The translations under genes and the position numbers were made by a program. DNA of 64,000 nucleotides from Planctomycetota bacterium (lineage in GTDB: Bacteria > Planctomycetota > B15-G4). A model generated the notes under the pieces. The model had not been told where the DNA came from. It ran no database searches and saw nothing but the letters and a program-made list of their open reading frames with translations. The stretch spans positions 4,608,001 to 4,672,000 of the forward strand of contig CBDFJQ010000002.1 in assembly GCA_965248575.1 (NCBI GenBank). The letters run 5' to 3'. Shown in pieces: positions 45,353 to 55,204 of this stretch; the first letter of the stretch is position 1, and each line of letters opens with the position of its first letter.

Positions 45353-47193
45353 TGGAAAGAGTCTCCTACGGGCGTAGCGTGTGGAGCAGGGGGTAGGTTT
45401 TCCGAGTTGTGCGGCCCTCCCGCAGGGTCCTCCAGCAAGGTTCCCGACTTTGGGCTAGCGTCCAAGGATTGCAACAACGAGATCGCGCGCGGGTGACCCG
45501 GAGCGTGGTCCAGGAACATGACGAGGTGCTCTCGCGCCTCTTCGTGTCGGCCCAGCTTGACGAGTGGGAGTGCGACGGAGAGGTGGGGCTCCGGCCGTTT
45601 CGGTCTGGCCACAAGGCAGCGTTCGTACAGCTCGACGCTCTCGTCGAGGTCTCCCTGCAGCATGAGAACGTTCGCCAGGTTTGCCATGGACCCGTAGTGG
45701 TCGTGCTGTCTTTCCAGGGCTCGTCGGAACTGCAGCTTCGCTCCCGCGAGGTCGCCCCGCTCGGCAAGCAGGACGCCCAAGGTGCAGTAGGGCTCGGGGT
45801 GGGGCCTGTTGCGTTGGATCGCCTCTCGGAGGTGAAGGCGGGCCGGCTTGTAACGGCCCTGCTCTTGGTAGAGCTTGCCCAGGTTGGCATGGGCCATCCA
45901 GGCGTCTGGGTTCTTGTCGATGGTGTCTGTCCACAGGGCCTGGGGGCTTGAGTAGATCCGACATTGTCGGTGGGTCAGGGGAGCGAGAACGAGGACGGCT
46001 GTTGCCGTGAGCAGCGCGACTGCGCGCGACTCGGACACGCCCATGCGACGTGCACAGGCCAGGCTCCCTCCCACGACCAAGGCGAACACACCGAGGCTCG
46101 CAAGGTACTGAAAGTGGTCTGCGACCCAGGAGTAGCGGAACGGGAAGACATCGATGAACCCAAGGGCGGGAGACAGGCTGCCGACGAAGAAGAGCGCTCC
46201 CGTGGCTGGGCCCCGACCGATGCGGTTTCGGAGCAACACGAGTGCGAGCAGGAGGCCGACCGTGATGACGGGTGCGATCACCTGCCATGCGTCCGATGGG
46301 TCGATCTCCCAACGCGGATAGTTGAACGTCAACTGGGCGGGCCATATGAGCTTGGCTGCGTAGAACCATGGCACGCGGCCGGCCAACATCAGGCGTTGCA
46401 CTGGGGCGAGACCGTAATCCTCGCTCGCAGCGCCCACGTGAGTGCGTTCGAGGTACGCGGTGAGGCTTCCGCCAAGGATGCCTAGCACAAGCAAGGGCAA
46501 CGCCATGAGCACAAGCCGTCGCGGGAGCCGTCCGGCCTTCCACCAGTGCAGAAGCAGCAGCGCTGCGGGAAGGGACCAGGTGACCGTTTTGGAGAGGAGC
46601 GCGGCGACGAACAGGACGAGGGCGAGCACGTAGAATCGGTTCGGCCCGGTCCGGCTCTCTCCCGTGCCGGCATCCGTTCCATGCGCGTGGCGGTCGTCAG
46701 GTGGTGCCCATCGAAACCAGGCGGACATCGCGGCGAAATAGAGGACGCCCGACAGAACGTTCTTGCGTTCGCTCACCCAGGCAACCGACTCAGCGTGCAC
46801 CGGGTGCAGGGCGAAGGCGATCGCGATCACGACCGCCCCGGGAACTTCGAGCCTCGTCAGCAAATAGAGCAGAAGAAGCGCACCGAGCGCGTGCAGGAGC
46901 ACATTCGTGAGGTGATAGCCCGGAGCCCAGAGCTCCCAGAGCTGGTACTCGAGCCAGAAGCTCGTGTGCACAAGGGGGTAGAACTGCGGCATCGACAGCG
47001 GGTCGGTCCAGATTCGGCGAAGACCCTCCCCGTCGCGGAGCAGTACGTTTTGCGTGACGTGCTGGTCGTCGTCCCACACGAACCCGCCATCCGAGATGGC
47101 TGGCCAGTAGGCAGCCAGCGTGGCGACCACGAGCACGACGCCCGCCGTGATCAAGCGGAGCCGCGCCTTTGACGAGTCAGGCATCGGTGACAT
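45349..47193 (-). CDS. TMTC-like GT-C glycosyltransferase with C-terminal TPRs
   Basis: FVWDDDQHV, YHLTNVLLH, FALHPVHAESVAWVSERKNVLS, ALLSK and ADHFQYL; TPR repeats. Confidence 0.9.
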   Translation of the reverse strand: MSPMPDSSKARLRLITAGVVLVVATLAAYWPAISDGGFVWDDDQHVTQNVLLRDGEGLRRIWTDPLSMPQFYPLVHTSFWLEYQLWELWAPGYHLTNVLLHALGALLLLYLLTRLEVPGAVVIAIAFALHPVHAESVAWVSERKNVLSGVLYFAAMSAWFRWAPPDDRHAHGTDAGTGESRTGPNRFYVLALVLFVAALLSKTVTWSLPAALLLLHWWKAGRLPRRLVLMALPLLVLGILGGSLTAYLERTHVGAASEDYGLAPVQRLMLAGRVPWFYAAKLIWPAQLTFNYPRWEIDPSDAWQVIAPVITVGLLLALVLLRNRIGRGPATGALFFVGSLSPALGFIDVFPFRYSWVADHFQYLASLGVFALVVGGSLACARRMGVSESRAVALLTATAVLVLAPLTHRQCRIYSSPQALWTDTIDKNPDAWMAHANLGKLYQEQGRYKPARLHLREAIQRNRPHPEPYCTLGVLLAERGDLAGAKLQFRRALERQHDHYGSMANLANVLMLQGDLDESVELYERCLVARPKRPEPHLSVALPLVKLGRHEEAREHLVMFLDHAPGHPRAISLLQSLDASPKSGTLLEDPAGGPHNSENLPPAPHATPVGDSFQ

Positions 47194-48136
47194 GCTGAGC
47201 CGAGGCGGGCAGGGCGTGATCGAGCATTGTCCGGGACGTCCTGCCCACCGAGATGGCTCCCAAGATCTCGCGCAGCTTCCGAAGCCTGGACTCCAACGGC
47301 ACCTTGAGCGTGGGGTGTCGGCGGGCCGCGTCGTCCACCTCGTCCGCGCCCAGGAAGTCGAGGGCGTGCATGACGTACACCAAGGGGTCGGGCCCCGTCG
47401 CCTGGGCGCTGCGCTGGAGCCCCCGATGACCGAACGCGAGCTGGACCGTCGCGCAGTAGGGGATGCGCCACCTTGGCGTCATGCCGGCGGGGATCTCCAG
47501 CAGCGAGTGCTGGGTCCCCCGGCGCCAGGGTCTATCGAGCTCTGGGTAGTAGGGGCGGGGTGGCGCGAACGCTACGCGCCACGTGCCGTATCCGCCCGGT
47601 GCCCGAAATCCCGACAGCAGCTTGAGCACGCCGCCCTGGACGGCGCCAAACCAGGAGGGAGCGACCGAGGAATCGTAGGTGTAGTCCAGGGAATGCAGGC
47701 CTCCGAGGATCGAAGGGCAGACGTCCCACCCAGGAGCACGGAAGCCCCGGGGGCTGACGCCGAGTCGAGCCTCGATGGACTCGTGGGCTTCGCGAATCTC
47801 TCGCTCGACCGTGTCGCCAGTCGCCTTCGCCAGGCCGAGGGGGTGCGTCTGCGTGTGGTTGGCCACCTCGTGCCCACGGCCGAGCGCCGAGAGAACGGCG
47901 TCGCGCTGCCGTGGGCGCTTGAGATCCTGCCCGACGACGAAGAGAGTGGCTCGAATCCCAAGCGTGTCGAGCAGGTCAAGCAAGCGCGGAAGGGCCGTCG
48001 TGAACACCGGATCGTCGACGTCGGGAACGCCGCTGCGCCTCGTGTACGCAGAGCCATACAGATACGTCGCGTCGAGGTCGACCGAGACGAGCAACGGGTG
48101 CAGCTCAGTGAAGGGTTCTTCGGCAGACGTGGTCAG
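47177..48136 (-). CDS. Polysaccharide deacetylase (CE4/NodB-like); start uncertain (CTG 48136 or TTG 48094)
   Basis: SVDLD, ATLFVVG, GHEVANHTQTH, GFRAPGW, YDSS and YVMHALDF. Confidence 0.87.
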   Translation of the reverse strand: MTTSAEEPFTELHPLLVSVDLDATYLYGSAYTRRSGVPDVDDPVFTTALPRLLDLLDTLGIRATLFVVGQDLKRPRQRDAVLSALGRGHEVANHTQTHPLGLAKATGDTVEREIREAHESIEARLGVSPRGFRAPGWDVCPSILGGLHSLDYTYDSSVAPSWFGAVQGGVLKLLSGFRAPGGYGTWRVAFAPPRPYYPELDRPWRRGTQHSLLEIPAGMTPRWRIPYCATVQLAFGHRGLQRSAQATGPDPLVYVMHALDFLGADEVDDAARRHPTLKVPLESRLRKLREILGAISVGRTSRTMLDHALPASAQHVTDA

Positions 48137-49959
48137 TCCCTCTCGGCGAGGTAGGGGCCGATGGCGAGGACGTCGATGGCCCCGCTGCGGTATGTCTTCG
48201 CCGCGTCGGCGGGGCTGCAGACGATGGGTTCCTCGTGCGTGTTGAAGCTCGTGTTCAGAACCATCGGAAAGTCGGTGAGCCGCTCCATCTCGCTCAGGAA
48301 TGTGTGGAAGGACGGCGTGAGTTCGCGTCGAACGAGTTGCGCCCGCGCCGTGCCATCGACGTGGCACGCCCCGTGAAGGCCAGCCCTTCGATTCTCCTGG
48401 ACGTTGAAGCAAGTGGTCATGTACAGCCCTGCCTGTCGCCGTGGCTCCAGACCTTCAAGAAAACGAGGCGCTCGCTCCTCCAGGACTGATGGCGCGAAGG
48501 GCATGAATTCGCTCCGATGGAGGCGGCGGTTGAGGTCGTCGTGGACGCCCTTGCGACGCATGTCCGCCAGGATGCTTCGGTGGCCTAGCGCTCGGGGGCC
48601 GTACTCCATCCGACCGTCGAAGCGTCCGACGATCCGCCCGTCCGTGACGTGTCGGGCCATCTCGGCCTCGATGGACTCGCAGCTGCGGTACGCGATACCA
48701 GCCTCGTCGAGTGCGCGCCGAATCTCGCTGTCGGAATACTCGGGGCCGAGGTAAGGGTTGAAAGGCTGCGCGGCGAGTGGAGGGGCGAGCACGGGGCGTG
48801 GGTTGGAATGACCGTTTGTCGAGGCCCCGTTCTGGGTGAGGTACAGCGCGGCGCCGAGGGCCGTTCCCCCGTCCCCCATGTCTGGGTGGACGTAGAGGCC
48901 CGTGACTTCGGGCTGCTCGGCCAAGAGGTGGTTGGTTCGCACGTTGGCGAAGACGCCGCCGGCTGCGACGACGTCGGTCTTGCCGCTGGCTCTCGCCGCA
49001 TCCTGTACGTAGGCCGTAAGGCAATCGTCAAGGATGGCTTGCGCGGCGGCAGCCACGTCCTCGCGCCGAGAGTTTGCCAGCCGCTCCTCCAGGAATTGGA
49101 GCACCGCCTCGGAGTAGAGGTCCCTGCAGTGCCGCCCGCGCAAGAAGCGGTACGCCTGGGGGATGGCAGCACGCGCCCGGAGGGGCAGCAGCGTCCCGAA
49201 GGACTGCGTCGCGCGGTCGTAGGAGATGCACTGGTCAAGCTCCTGGCGGCAGGCCTCTGGATCTCCAAAGCCCGCGAGGCCCGTGATCTTGCCTTCGTGG
49301 CGTTGGGGCGTGAAGCCCAGGAACTTGGTGATGGCCGAGTAGAACTTCCCAAGCGAGAAGTCGCCGGTCGACGACGAGGCACGTTTGAGGCGTGAACCGT
49401 CGAGCCGGCTCCAGGTGCTCGACAGTCCGTCGCCTGCGCCATCCGCGGTCACCACGAGCGGGTTCTCGAACGGAGAGGTGTAGGCACAGGACGCCGCGTG
49501 AGCTGTGTGGTGGTCAACGGGCGTCACCGGGGCGTGGATACCCAGTTCGGCCAGTGCCTCGGTGTAGATGGCAAGTGTCGGACTGCGAAACCGCGTCGAG
49601 GTGTTCGGGTAGGGGATCCGAAAGGTCTTCGATCGGTGCCACTGCCGCCGCACCTCGTCCACGATGTGCGCCAACCCCAGGTGGTCGTCGAGCGGGATGT
49701 TGCACCCGGCTTCGTTGAGAAGCGCCGTCGCGAGAAAGGGTGGAGCGTTCAAGTACGAGGTGAACGAGATGGCCACCCGCTGGACTTCGTGCGGCTCGAC
49801 CCCGGAGAGCTTCAGCACGGCGGGGATGGCGCGCCACGGGAAGCCCAGGTGCGACTTTCGGCGGCTGAGCCGTTCCTCACCCACGGCAGCCATGACCACA
49901 CCGTCCACGACCATGGCGGCCGAGCCGTCGTGCCCCAAGTGGACGCCGAGCACAATCAT
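48133..49959 (-). CDS. Carbamoyltransferase, NodU/CmcH family
   Basis: GHDGSAA, EERLSRRK, HHTAHA, DGAGD, EGKITGLA, GGVFANV, EYGPRALGHRS, FMPFAP, HVDGTARAQ and LNTSFN; ATGA overlap. Confidence 0.95.
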   Translation of the reverse strand: MIVLGVHLGHDGSAAMVVDGVVMAAVGEERLSRRKSHLGFPWRAIPAVLKLSGVEPHEVQRVAISFTSYLNAPPFLATALLNEAGCNIPLDDHLGLAHIVDEVRRQWHRSKTFRIPYPNTSTRFRSPTLAIYTEALAELGIHAPVTPVDHHTAHAASCAYTSPFENPLVVTADGAGDGLSSTWSRLDGSRLKRASSSTGDFSLGKFYSAITKFLGFTPQRHEGKITGLAGFGDPEACRQELDQCISYDRATQSFGTLLPLRARAAIPQAYRFLRGRHCRDLYSEAVLQFLEERLANSRREDVAAAAQAILDDCLTAYVQDAARASGKTDVVAAGGVFANVRTNHLLAEQPEVTGLYVHPDMGDGGTALGAALYLTQNGASTNGHSNPRPVLAPPLAAQPFNPYLGPEYSDSEIRRALDEAGIAYRSCESIEAEMARHVTDGRIVGRFDGRMEYGPRALGHRSILADMRRKGVHDDLNRRLHRSEFMPFAPSVLEERAPRFLEGLEPRRQAGLYMTTCFNVQENRRAGLHGACHVDGTARAQLVRRELTPSFHTFLSEMERLTDFPMVLNTSFNTHEEPIVCSPADAAKTYRSGAIDVLAIGPYLAERD

Positions 49960-50741
49960 GGCAAGTCTGATGGCGAGGTGTGCGCATCCTCGTCGAGATC
50001 TGTGGGCGTCGTGGCAGGGCGTCGACGCTTCAGACGGCCGGCGCTGATCCGCAGCAAGAGGCGTAGGTGGTTCCGCACCTCTTCGAAGAAGCGCAGCTTC
50101 GAATCGTCCGTGACGCGGCGCGACAACACCGTCGGTACCTCCGTCACTCGCATGCCGTGATCGAGGGCCTGGAGCAGGATCTCCGTCACCGAAGAGAACC
50201 CGCTGCTCGTGATCGACACCCGATCGAAAACGGATCGACGGTACACCCGGAAAATGCCGGAGAACGAATGGATCGGGCTGCCGATCAGGAAGCCATAGAT
50301 CCGGGAGAGCGACAGGCTGACGAACAGCCGGAACCACTGCACATTCTCGATGACGCCATCGGGGTGGAAGGCGGACGCGATCACGATGTCGTGGCCTTCG
50401 GCAAGGACGTCCAACAGCTTCGGCAGGTCCTCGACAGCGAAAGTCCCGTCGGCATCAACCATGGTGATCAGGCTGCCGGTGGACGTCTGGAGCCCCGTCT
50501 CGATGGCCGCACCGAGCCCTCGGTTGGTGGAGTGAGTGACGACGCGCAAGCAGGGCTGGGAGCGCGCACGCTCCTGCAAGACGGCGGCGGTCTTGTCCGT
50601 ACTCCCGTCATCGATGCAGACGACCTCAAAGCTGTAGCGCTCACCCAGTGACGTCATCACGGGCTCAAGCCGGTCCAAGAGCGGACCGATCGAAGCCTGT
50701 TCGTTGAAACAGGGGACGAGCACGCTGAGGAGTGGACGCAC
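49956..50741 (-). CDS. GT2 glycosyltransferase, polyprenol-phosphate mannose synthase (DPM1)-like
   Basis: VPCFNE, DDGSTDKT, NRGLGAA, VDADG and EVP..RR..SK. Confidence 0.93.
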   Translation of the reverse strand: MRPLLSVLVPCFNEQASIGPLLDRLEPVMTSLGERYSFEVVCIDDGSTDKTAAVLQERARSQPCLRVVTHSTNRGLGAAIETGLQTSTGSLITMVDADGTFAVEDLPKLLDVLAEGHDIVIASAFHPDGVIENVQWFRLFVSLSLSRIYGFLIGSPIHSFSGIFRVYRRSVFDRVSITSSGFSSVTEILLQALDHGMRVTEVPTVLSRRVTDDSKLRFFEEVRNHLRLLLRISAGRLKRRRPATTPTDLDEDAHTSPSDLP

Positions 50742-50999
50742 GGGGGAAATTGCCGAGAGGACTCGCCGGAGGGGCTGATGTTCTTCTCAGGGAGGTTGCC
50801 TGCTGTCTGCCCGGTGAATGCGCCTAGTCCGCCGCTCGCGTGTTTCCCGGATGCTTCGCGGCGCTCTCCCATTTGCGGCGCCGCGTCGCTGCCCCGCAGT
50901 CTAGACCAGATCTCCCAGCTCGTCCTCGGGATCTTCGGTCGTTGCGGTCCGAGGGCCGCGTAACCCGGGCACACGGGGCGAATCGGAAGCAAGCTTCCG

Positions 51000-52223
51000 T
51001 CAGCCGAAGCTGCGCCCGGGCCCTGGGTACTTCTCGGGGGCCTCTTTGCGGCTCACTGGTGGAACCGCCGCAGGGAGTCTCATGAATCGTTCGATGGCGT
51101 TGACGATTCGTTCCGCGGCGCGCCCATCGCCGTACGGGCTCGTCGACTGGGCCATCCGGGCATACGCCACTGGGTCGTCGAGCAAGCGGAGAGTCTCGTA
51201 GACGATGCGCTCGCGGTCCGCTCCGGTCAGGAGTGCGTTCCCGGACTCGATACCCTCAACGCGTTCCGTCACGTCGCGTAACACGAGCACGGGCTTTCCT
51301 AGTACGGGCGCCTCCTCTTGGACGCCCCCTGAGTCGGAGAGAACGATGTGGGCCGACTTCAGCGTGGACACGAACTGCGGGTAGGCCATCGGTGCGGCGA
51401 GATGGATGCGTCGGTGGGCGCCGATCTCGTCGTTCAGCAGGCGGTGGACCTCGGGGTTCGGGTGGACGGGGATCAGGATGTCGACGTCCCGGGAATTGGC
51501 TATGTCCGCAAGTGCCCTGCAGATCTCACGCAGCGGCACTCCGAGGCTCTCTCGCCGGTGCACAGTGACCAGCAGCAATGGGCGGCTCCCGCTGTCCACG
51601 GGGCACGGAGGCAACTCCTGCCGTTCGGCCCACAGCAGGGCGTCGACGACTGTGTTGCCCGTGACGTGAATGCGGTCCTCTGGAACGCGCTCGGCCAGGA
51701 GCTGGTCGCGGGCAGCCGGCGTCGGCGCGAAGTGGAGCTCCGCTAGCCAGCCGGTGAGTGACCGGTTCATCTCCTCCGGGAACGGCTGCGAACGGACACC
51801 ACTGCGGAGGCCTGCTTCCACATGTGCGAACGGAATCTGCCGGTGGAACGCGCAGAGGGCCGAGACGAGCACCGTGGTTGTGTCGCCCTGGGCGACGACG
51901 AGGTCGGGTTCCTCGGCTGCGAGCACGCGATCCACGGCTGGGAACATTCGTCCAGCCAGCTCAGACGGGGACTGACCCGCCCGCATGAGATTGAGGTCGA
52001 CGTCCGGAACGAGGCCAAAGAACGGCAACACCTGATCGAGCAACTCGCGGTGTTGGCTGGTCGCGAGCAGGCAGACGTCCTGCCTGCGCCCTCGTCGGCT
52101 GAACTCACGGACGATTGGAGCCAGCTTGACCGCTTCTGGGCGGGTGCCGACTACTACGACGATCCGACGGCGAGAGCGTCGTCTCGCGGATTCTGTTCCG
52201 GCGGTTGCGTTGGTTGCGGCCAT
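51000..52223 (-). CDS. wecB: UDP-N-acetylglucosamine 2-epimerase (non-hydrolysing)
   Basis: GTRPEAVKLAP, QGDTTT, HVEAGLRS, PFPEEMNR, TGNTVVDAL, DSGGVQEEAP and PYGDGRAA. Confidence 0.96.
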   Translation of the reverse strand: MAATNATAGTESARRRSRRRIVVVVGTRPEAVKLAPIVREFSRRGRRQDVCLLATSQHRELLDQVLPFFGLVPDVDLNLMRAGQSPSELAGRMFPAVDRVLAAEEPDLVVAQGDTTTVLVSALCAFHRQIPFAHVEAGLRSGVRSQPFPEEMNRSLTGWLAELHFAPTPAARDQLLAERVPEDRIHVTGNTVVDALLWAERQELPPCPVDSGSRPLLLVTVHRRESLGVPLREICRALADIANSRDVDILIPVHPNPEVHRLLNDEIGAHRRIHLAAPMAYPQFVSTLKSAHIVLSDSGGVQEEAPVLGKPVLVLRDVTERVEGIESGNALLTGADRERIVYETLRLLDDPVAYARMAQSTSPYGDGRAAERIVNAIERFMRLPAAVPPVSRKEAPEKYPGPGRSFG

Positions 52224-52405
52224 GTCACCGACCATCGAGCGTAGCACGGTCTGCAAAGCCACCGGGTCAGCGCACGACAGGACAGCGCGTTCCGAACGAA
52301 AGCTCAATGCCCTTCGATGTGCGCACTCCGGCCGCACAGTCTATGATCGCGCCTTGGCGACGGGGTGATCGGGGTCGAAAGCGATAGGGATGCGAGACCG
52401 AGACA

Positions 52406-53782
52406 GTGAGCAGCAAAACCCTCAGGGTGTGGATCAGCCTGCTGCTGGGAGCGGGGCTCTTGTCGCTGGTGATGCAGAGCTGGGACCTCGACGGCATCCT
52501 TGAGATCCTCCGTCCTCTCGACGCGTCGCGCCTGCAATGGCACGTCGAGAGTTCGGGAGCGCCGCCGGACGGCTTGATCGAACTCCACCACGGCGGTCGG
52601 CTCGTGTCTGCAGCCGAGTTGTCATGGAAAGAGGCGTCGTTCGACGTGGCCGTGAACGCTTCGGACGTCGCTGACCCCACCGGCAACTGGGCGCTGGTCG
52701 TCCCGGAAAGCGTAGTCGTCCGCAGCTGGAGCCTGTCCTTCGGGGAAGGCGACGTCGCCGACGGCTCGGCAGCCGTCCGGTTCGCCTCGACATCGTCGTC
52801 ACCGGCCGGAGACATCGACGTCAAGGGAATGGGATGGATCTGGATCGTGCCCTACCTGCTCACGTTCTGGATCGCGCACATCGTGCGGGACGTGCGCTGG
52901 GGCCTCATGATCCGCCCGGTCCGTCGTCTTGGACTGCTGAAGCTCGTCGAGATCGGCGCGGTGGGGTCCATGGCGGTCCTCGTCCTCCCCTTGCGGCTCG
53001 GTGAGTTCGTGAGACCGTTCCTCGCCTCGGAGGAAGACGTGCCGTTTCCCGCGGCTCTGGCGGCCACAGTGCTTGAGCGCCTCGTGGACTGCCTCGGCAT
53101 CGCGGTCATCTTGCTGGTGTCCGTCTCACTCACGGTCGAGCCTTTCGAAATCTCTGACGGAGTGCTCACGGCGGCCTGGGTCGCCGTAGGCGCGTTTGGC
53201 GGTTCGCTGCTCGGCCTGGGCGTTTGGGCCAGTTTTCGCCTCCGTCGAAGGGCGGCCGCTGGAGGCGGACGAACCGAGCCACCTGGGTGGGCCCGGGGCC
53301 TGCACGCTGCGGCTCGCGGTCTGACCACATTGACCACGGTGCGCAGCGCGCCGGCGCTCGTCTTCACGACCGTCGCCTACTGGACCATTACAGCGCTCGG
53401 CATCTGGTGTCTGATGCGCGGCGTCGGCCTCACGACTGCGGACGGCGAAGGACTGACCATGCTCCATGCTTGTGCGTTCATGACCGTTCTGGGCTTGGGG
53501 CTCATGATCCCGGCTGGTCCCGCGTTCACCGGGAGCTTCGAGCTGGCGGGTACCCTGGCGCTCGCGATGTTTCTCACGGATGATGTGGTCGCCACGCGTG
53601 GGGCGGTCTTTGTAACCCTGCTCCACCTTCTGCAGATCGTGGCACAATGCTCCATCGGCTGTTTGTTCCTTGTCTGTGGGAAGAGGTCGTTCCGGACGAT
53701 CGTGGACCGGTCGCGGCAGCGTGCCGCGGCGCGCGAACGGGCCGCCAAGCCCGTGGTGGGCGGCGGCGAAAGGAGTCGCTGA
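52406..53782 (+). CDS. Lysylphosphatidylglycerol-synthase-TM (UPF0104, flippase-like) protein with an inserted soluble domain
   Basis: RWGLMI, LPLRLGEFVR, ERLVD and IPAGPAFTGSFE; ~110-aa hydrophilic insert after TM1. Confidence 0.87.
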   Translation: MSSKTLRVWISLLLGAGLLSLVMQSWDLDGILEILRPLDASRLQWHVESSGAPPDGLIELHHGGRLVSAAELSWKEASFDVAVNASDVADPTGNWALVVPESVVVRSWSLSFGEGDVADGSAAVRFASTSSSPAGDIDVKGMGWIWIVPYLLTFWIAHIVRDVRWGLMIRPVRRLGLLKLVEIGAVGSMAVLVLPLRLGEFVRPFLASEEDVPFPAALAATVLERLVDCLGIAVILLVSVSLTVEPFEISDGVLTAAWVAVGAFGGSLLGLGVWASFRLRRRAAAGGGRTEPPGWARGLHAAARGLTTLTTVRSAPALVFTTVAYWTITALGIWCLMRGVGLTTADGEGLTMLHACAFMTVLGLGLMIPAGPAFTGSFELAGTLALAMFLTDDVVATRGAVFVTLLHLLQIVAQCSIGCLFLVCGKRSFRTIVDRSRQRAAARERAAKPVVGGGERSR

Positions 53783-53786
53783 ACGA

Positions 53787-54548
53787 ATGACGAGTCGACG
53801 CGCCGCACGAGAGGTCGGGGGAGTGTTCTCGGGCATTCTGCCCGTCGACCCAGCGAGCCTTGAAGGTGAGGCCGAACGGATCCTCTACCGGCTTCAGCGC
53901 GCTCCGGCGCTCTTCGAGTCGGTCTCGTGTCTCGACGCCGGCTGCGGGATCGGGATCGTCTGCCAGGCCCTTGAGGAGCTGGGGGCCTCACGGGTCGTGG
54001 GCATCGACATCGGCCCTCACACCGAGGTCGCGCAACGCTTGAACCGCGGCAGCGACACGGTGCACGTGGTGCAGGGTTCGGTGCTCGAACTGCCGTTCGG
54101 TGACGAGAGCTTCGGCGTCGTGCATAGCTCCGGCGTGCTCCATCACACCACGAATCTTTCGCAGGGGATGGACGAGTTCGTCCGTGTGCTCGAACCGGGT
54201 GGCCTGCTGTACGTCGCTGTCGTCGGCCGAGAGGGAGGCCAGGCGATCGTGACCGGTGGCATGCGGCTCTTGGCAAAGCTCGTGCCCTTGGCGTGGATGC
54301 GCGCGACCTTGTCGCTCATTCTCCCGCGCTGGATGGTCATGGGGCTGCTGGACGTGGGCTATGCGCCGATCCGTCGCACCTACACAGAGAAGCAGATGAG
54401 GGCGGAGTTCGCGCGTCTCGGCATCCTGGACGTCCAGCGAACCCGGAGCGAGCGCTATGACTACAAGAGCGTCCGCTCGCGGCTCTGGTGGGGCGTGGGG
54501 TGGATCCAGCTGTCTGGTTTCCTGCCGTCTGACGGAAAGCGCGCGTGA
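53787..54548 (+). CDS. Class I SAM-dependent methyltransferase
   Basis: LDAGCGIG, GIDI, LPFGDESF, GVLHH and RVLEPGG. Confidence 0.92.
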   Translation: MTSRRAAREVGGVFSGILPVDPASLEGEAERILYRLQRAPALFESVSCLDAGCGIGIVCQALEELGASRVVGIDIGPHTEVAQRLNRGSDTVHVVQGSVLELPFGDESFGVVHSSGVLHHTTNLSQGMDEFVRVLEPGGLLYVAVVGREGGQAIVTGGMRLLAKLVPLAWMRATLSLILPRWMVMGLLDVGYAPIRRTYTEKQMRAEFARLGILDVQRTRSERYDYKSVRSRLWWGVGWIQLSGFLPSDGKRA

Positions 54549-55204
54549 GGACCTTCGCGCGCATGTGCCTGAAGTGGCTGCTGACCGTCCAACGAGCGAG
54601 GCCTCCGGGGCTCACCCTGCTGCTCGTCTTGAATGCCTGGTTGGTCAGCCTGGGCTGGTGGTTTCGCGGCTACCGGCCCCTGCCTTTCAGTCGCGAGGTT
54701 CGCGCACGGGATGGCCGCCGCGCCCAGATCCGCTCGCTGGGACCGGATGACGTTGGCTCAGTCATCTCGCTCATCTCCGGTCTCGACGAGCAGGATCGCT
54801 CTTTCGTTCCGCATGGCACGGGACGCCTCACGGTGCGCATGATGCTCGGTTTCCGTGGCTTCCGTCCGCTCGGGGTGTTTCTCGAGGATGAGCCAAGCAA
54901 GATGGTGGGCTACGGGCTTTGCAGACCGCTCCCGTGGCGGCGCGCCTTGATCGCCGTGGTGCTGTCTCCGGAGAGGCGAGGTCGTCGGCTCGGCGCGATG
55001 CTCCTGGAGAGCCTGGTCGACGTGACGCTGGACATGGATTTGATGCCCTACTCACTGGTCTACGCCAGCAACCATGCGATCCTCGCGTGCCTCGAAGGCA
55101 CGTCCCTGCATGCCGAACCGCTGGACGCAGAAATCTTCACCGTCGAGCTGAAGGACAGGCGAGCCAGGCAGCGTGCAGTGCGCTCGCGGAGCGAGACTCC
55201 GTGA
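54545..55204 (+). CDS. GNAT-fold acetyltransferase-like protein
   Basis: IRSLGPDD, VGYG, VLSPERRGRRLGAMLL and VYASNHA; GTGA overlaps at both ends. Confidence 0.75.
   Translation: MRTFARMCLKWLLTVQRARPPGLTLLLVLNAWLVSLGWWFRGYRPLPFSREVRARDGRRAQIRSLGPDDVGSVISLISGLDEQDRSFVPHGTGRLTVRMMLGFRGFRPLGVFLEDEPSKMVGYGLCRPLPWRRALIAVVLSPERRGRRLGAMLLESLVDVTLDMDLMPYSLVYASNHAILACLEGTSLHAEPLDAEIFTVELKDRRARQRAVRSRSETP

Noticed and set aside
48133..50337. Apparent N-terminal extensions or fusions in the ORF track (734-aa carbamoyltransferase, 411-aa deacetylase, 531-aa oxidoreductase, 280-aa sigma)
   Set aside because: Extensions overlap upstream genes in other frames; family motifs start at the downstream, mostly coupled, starts
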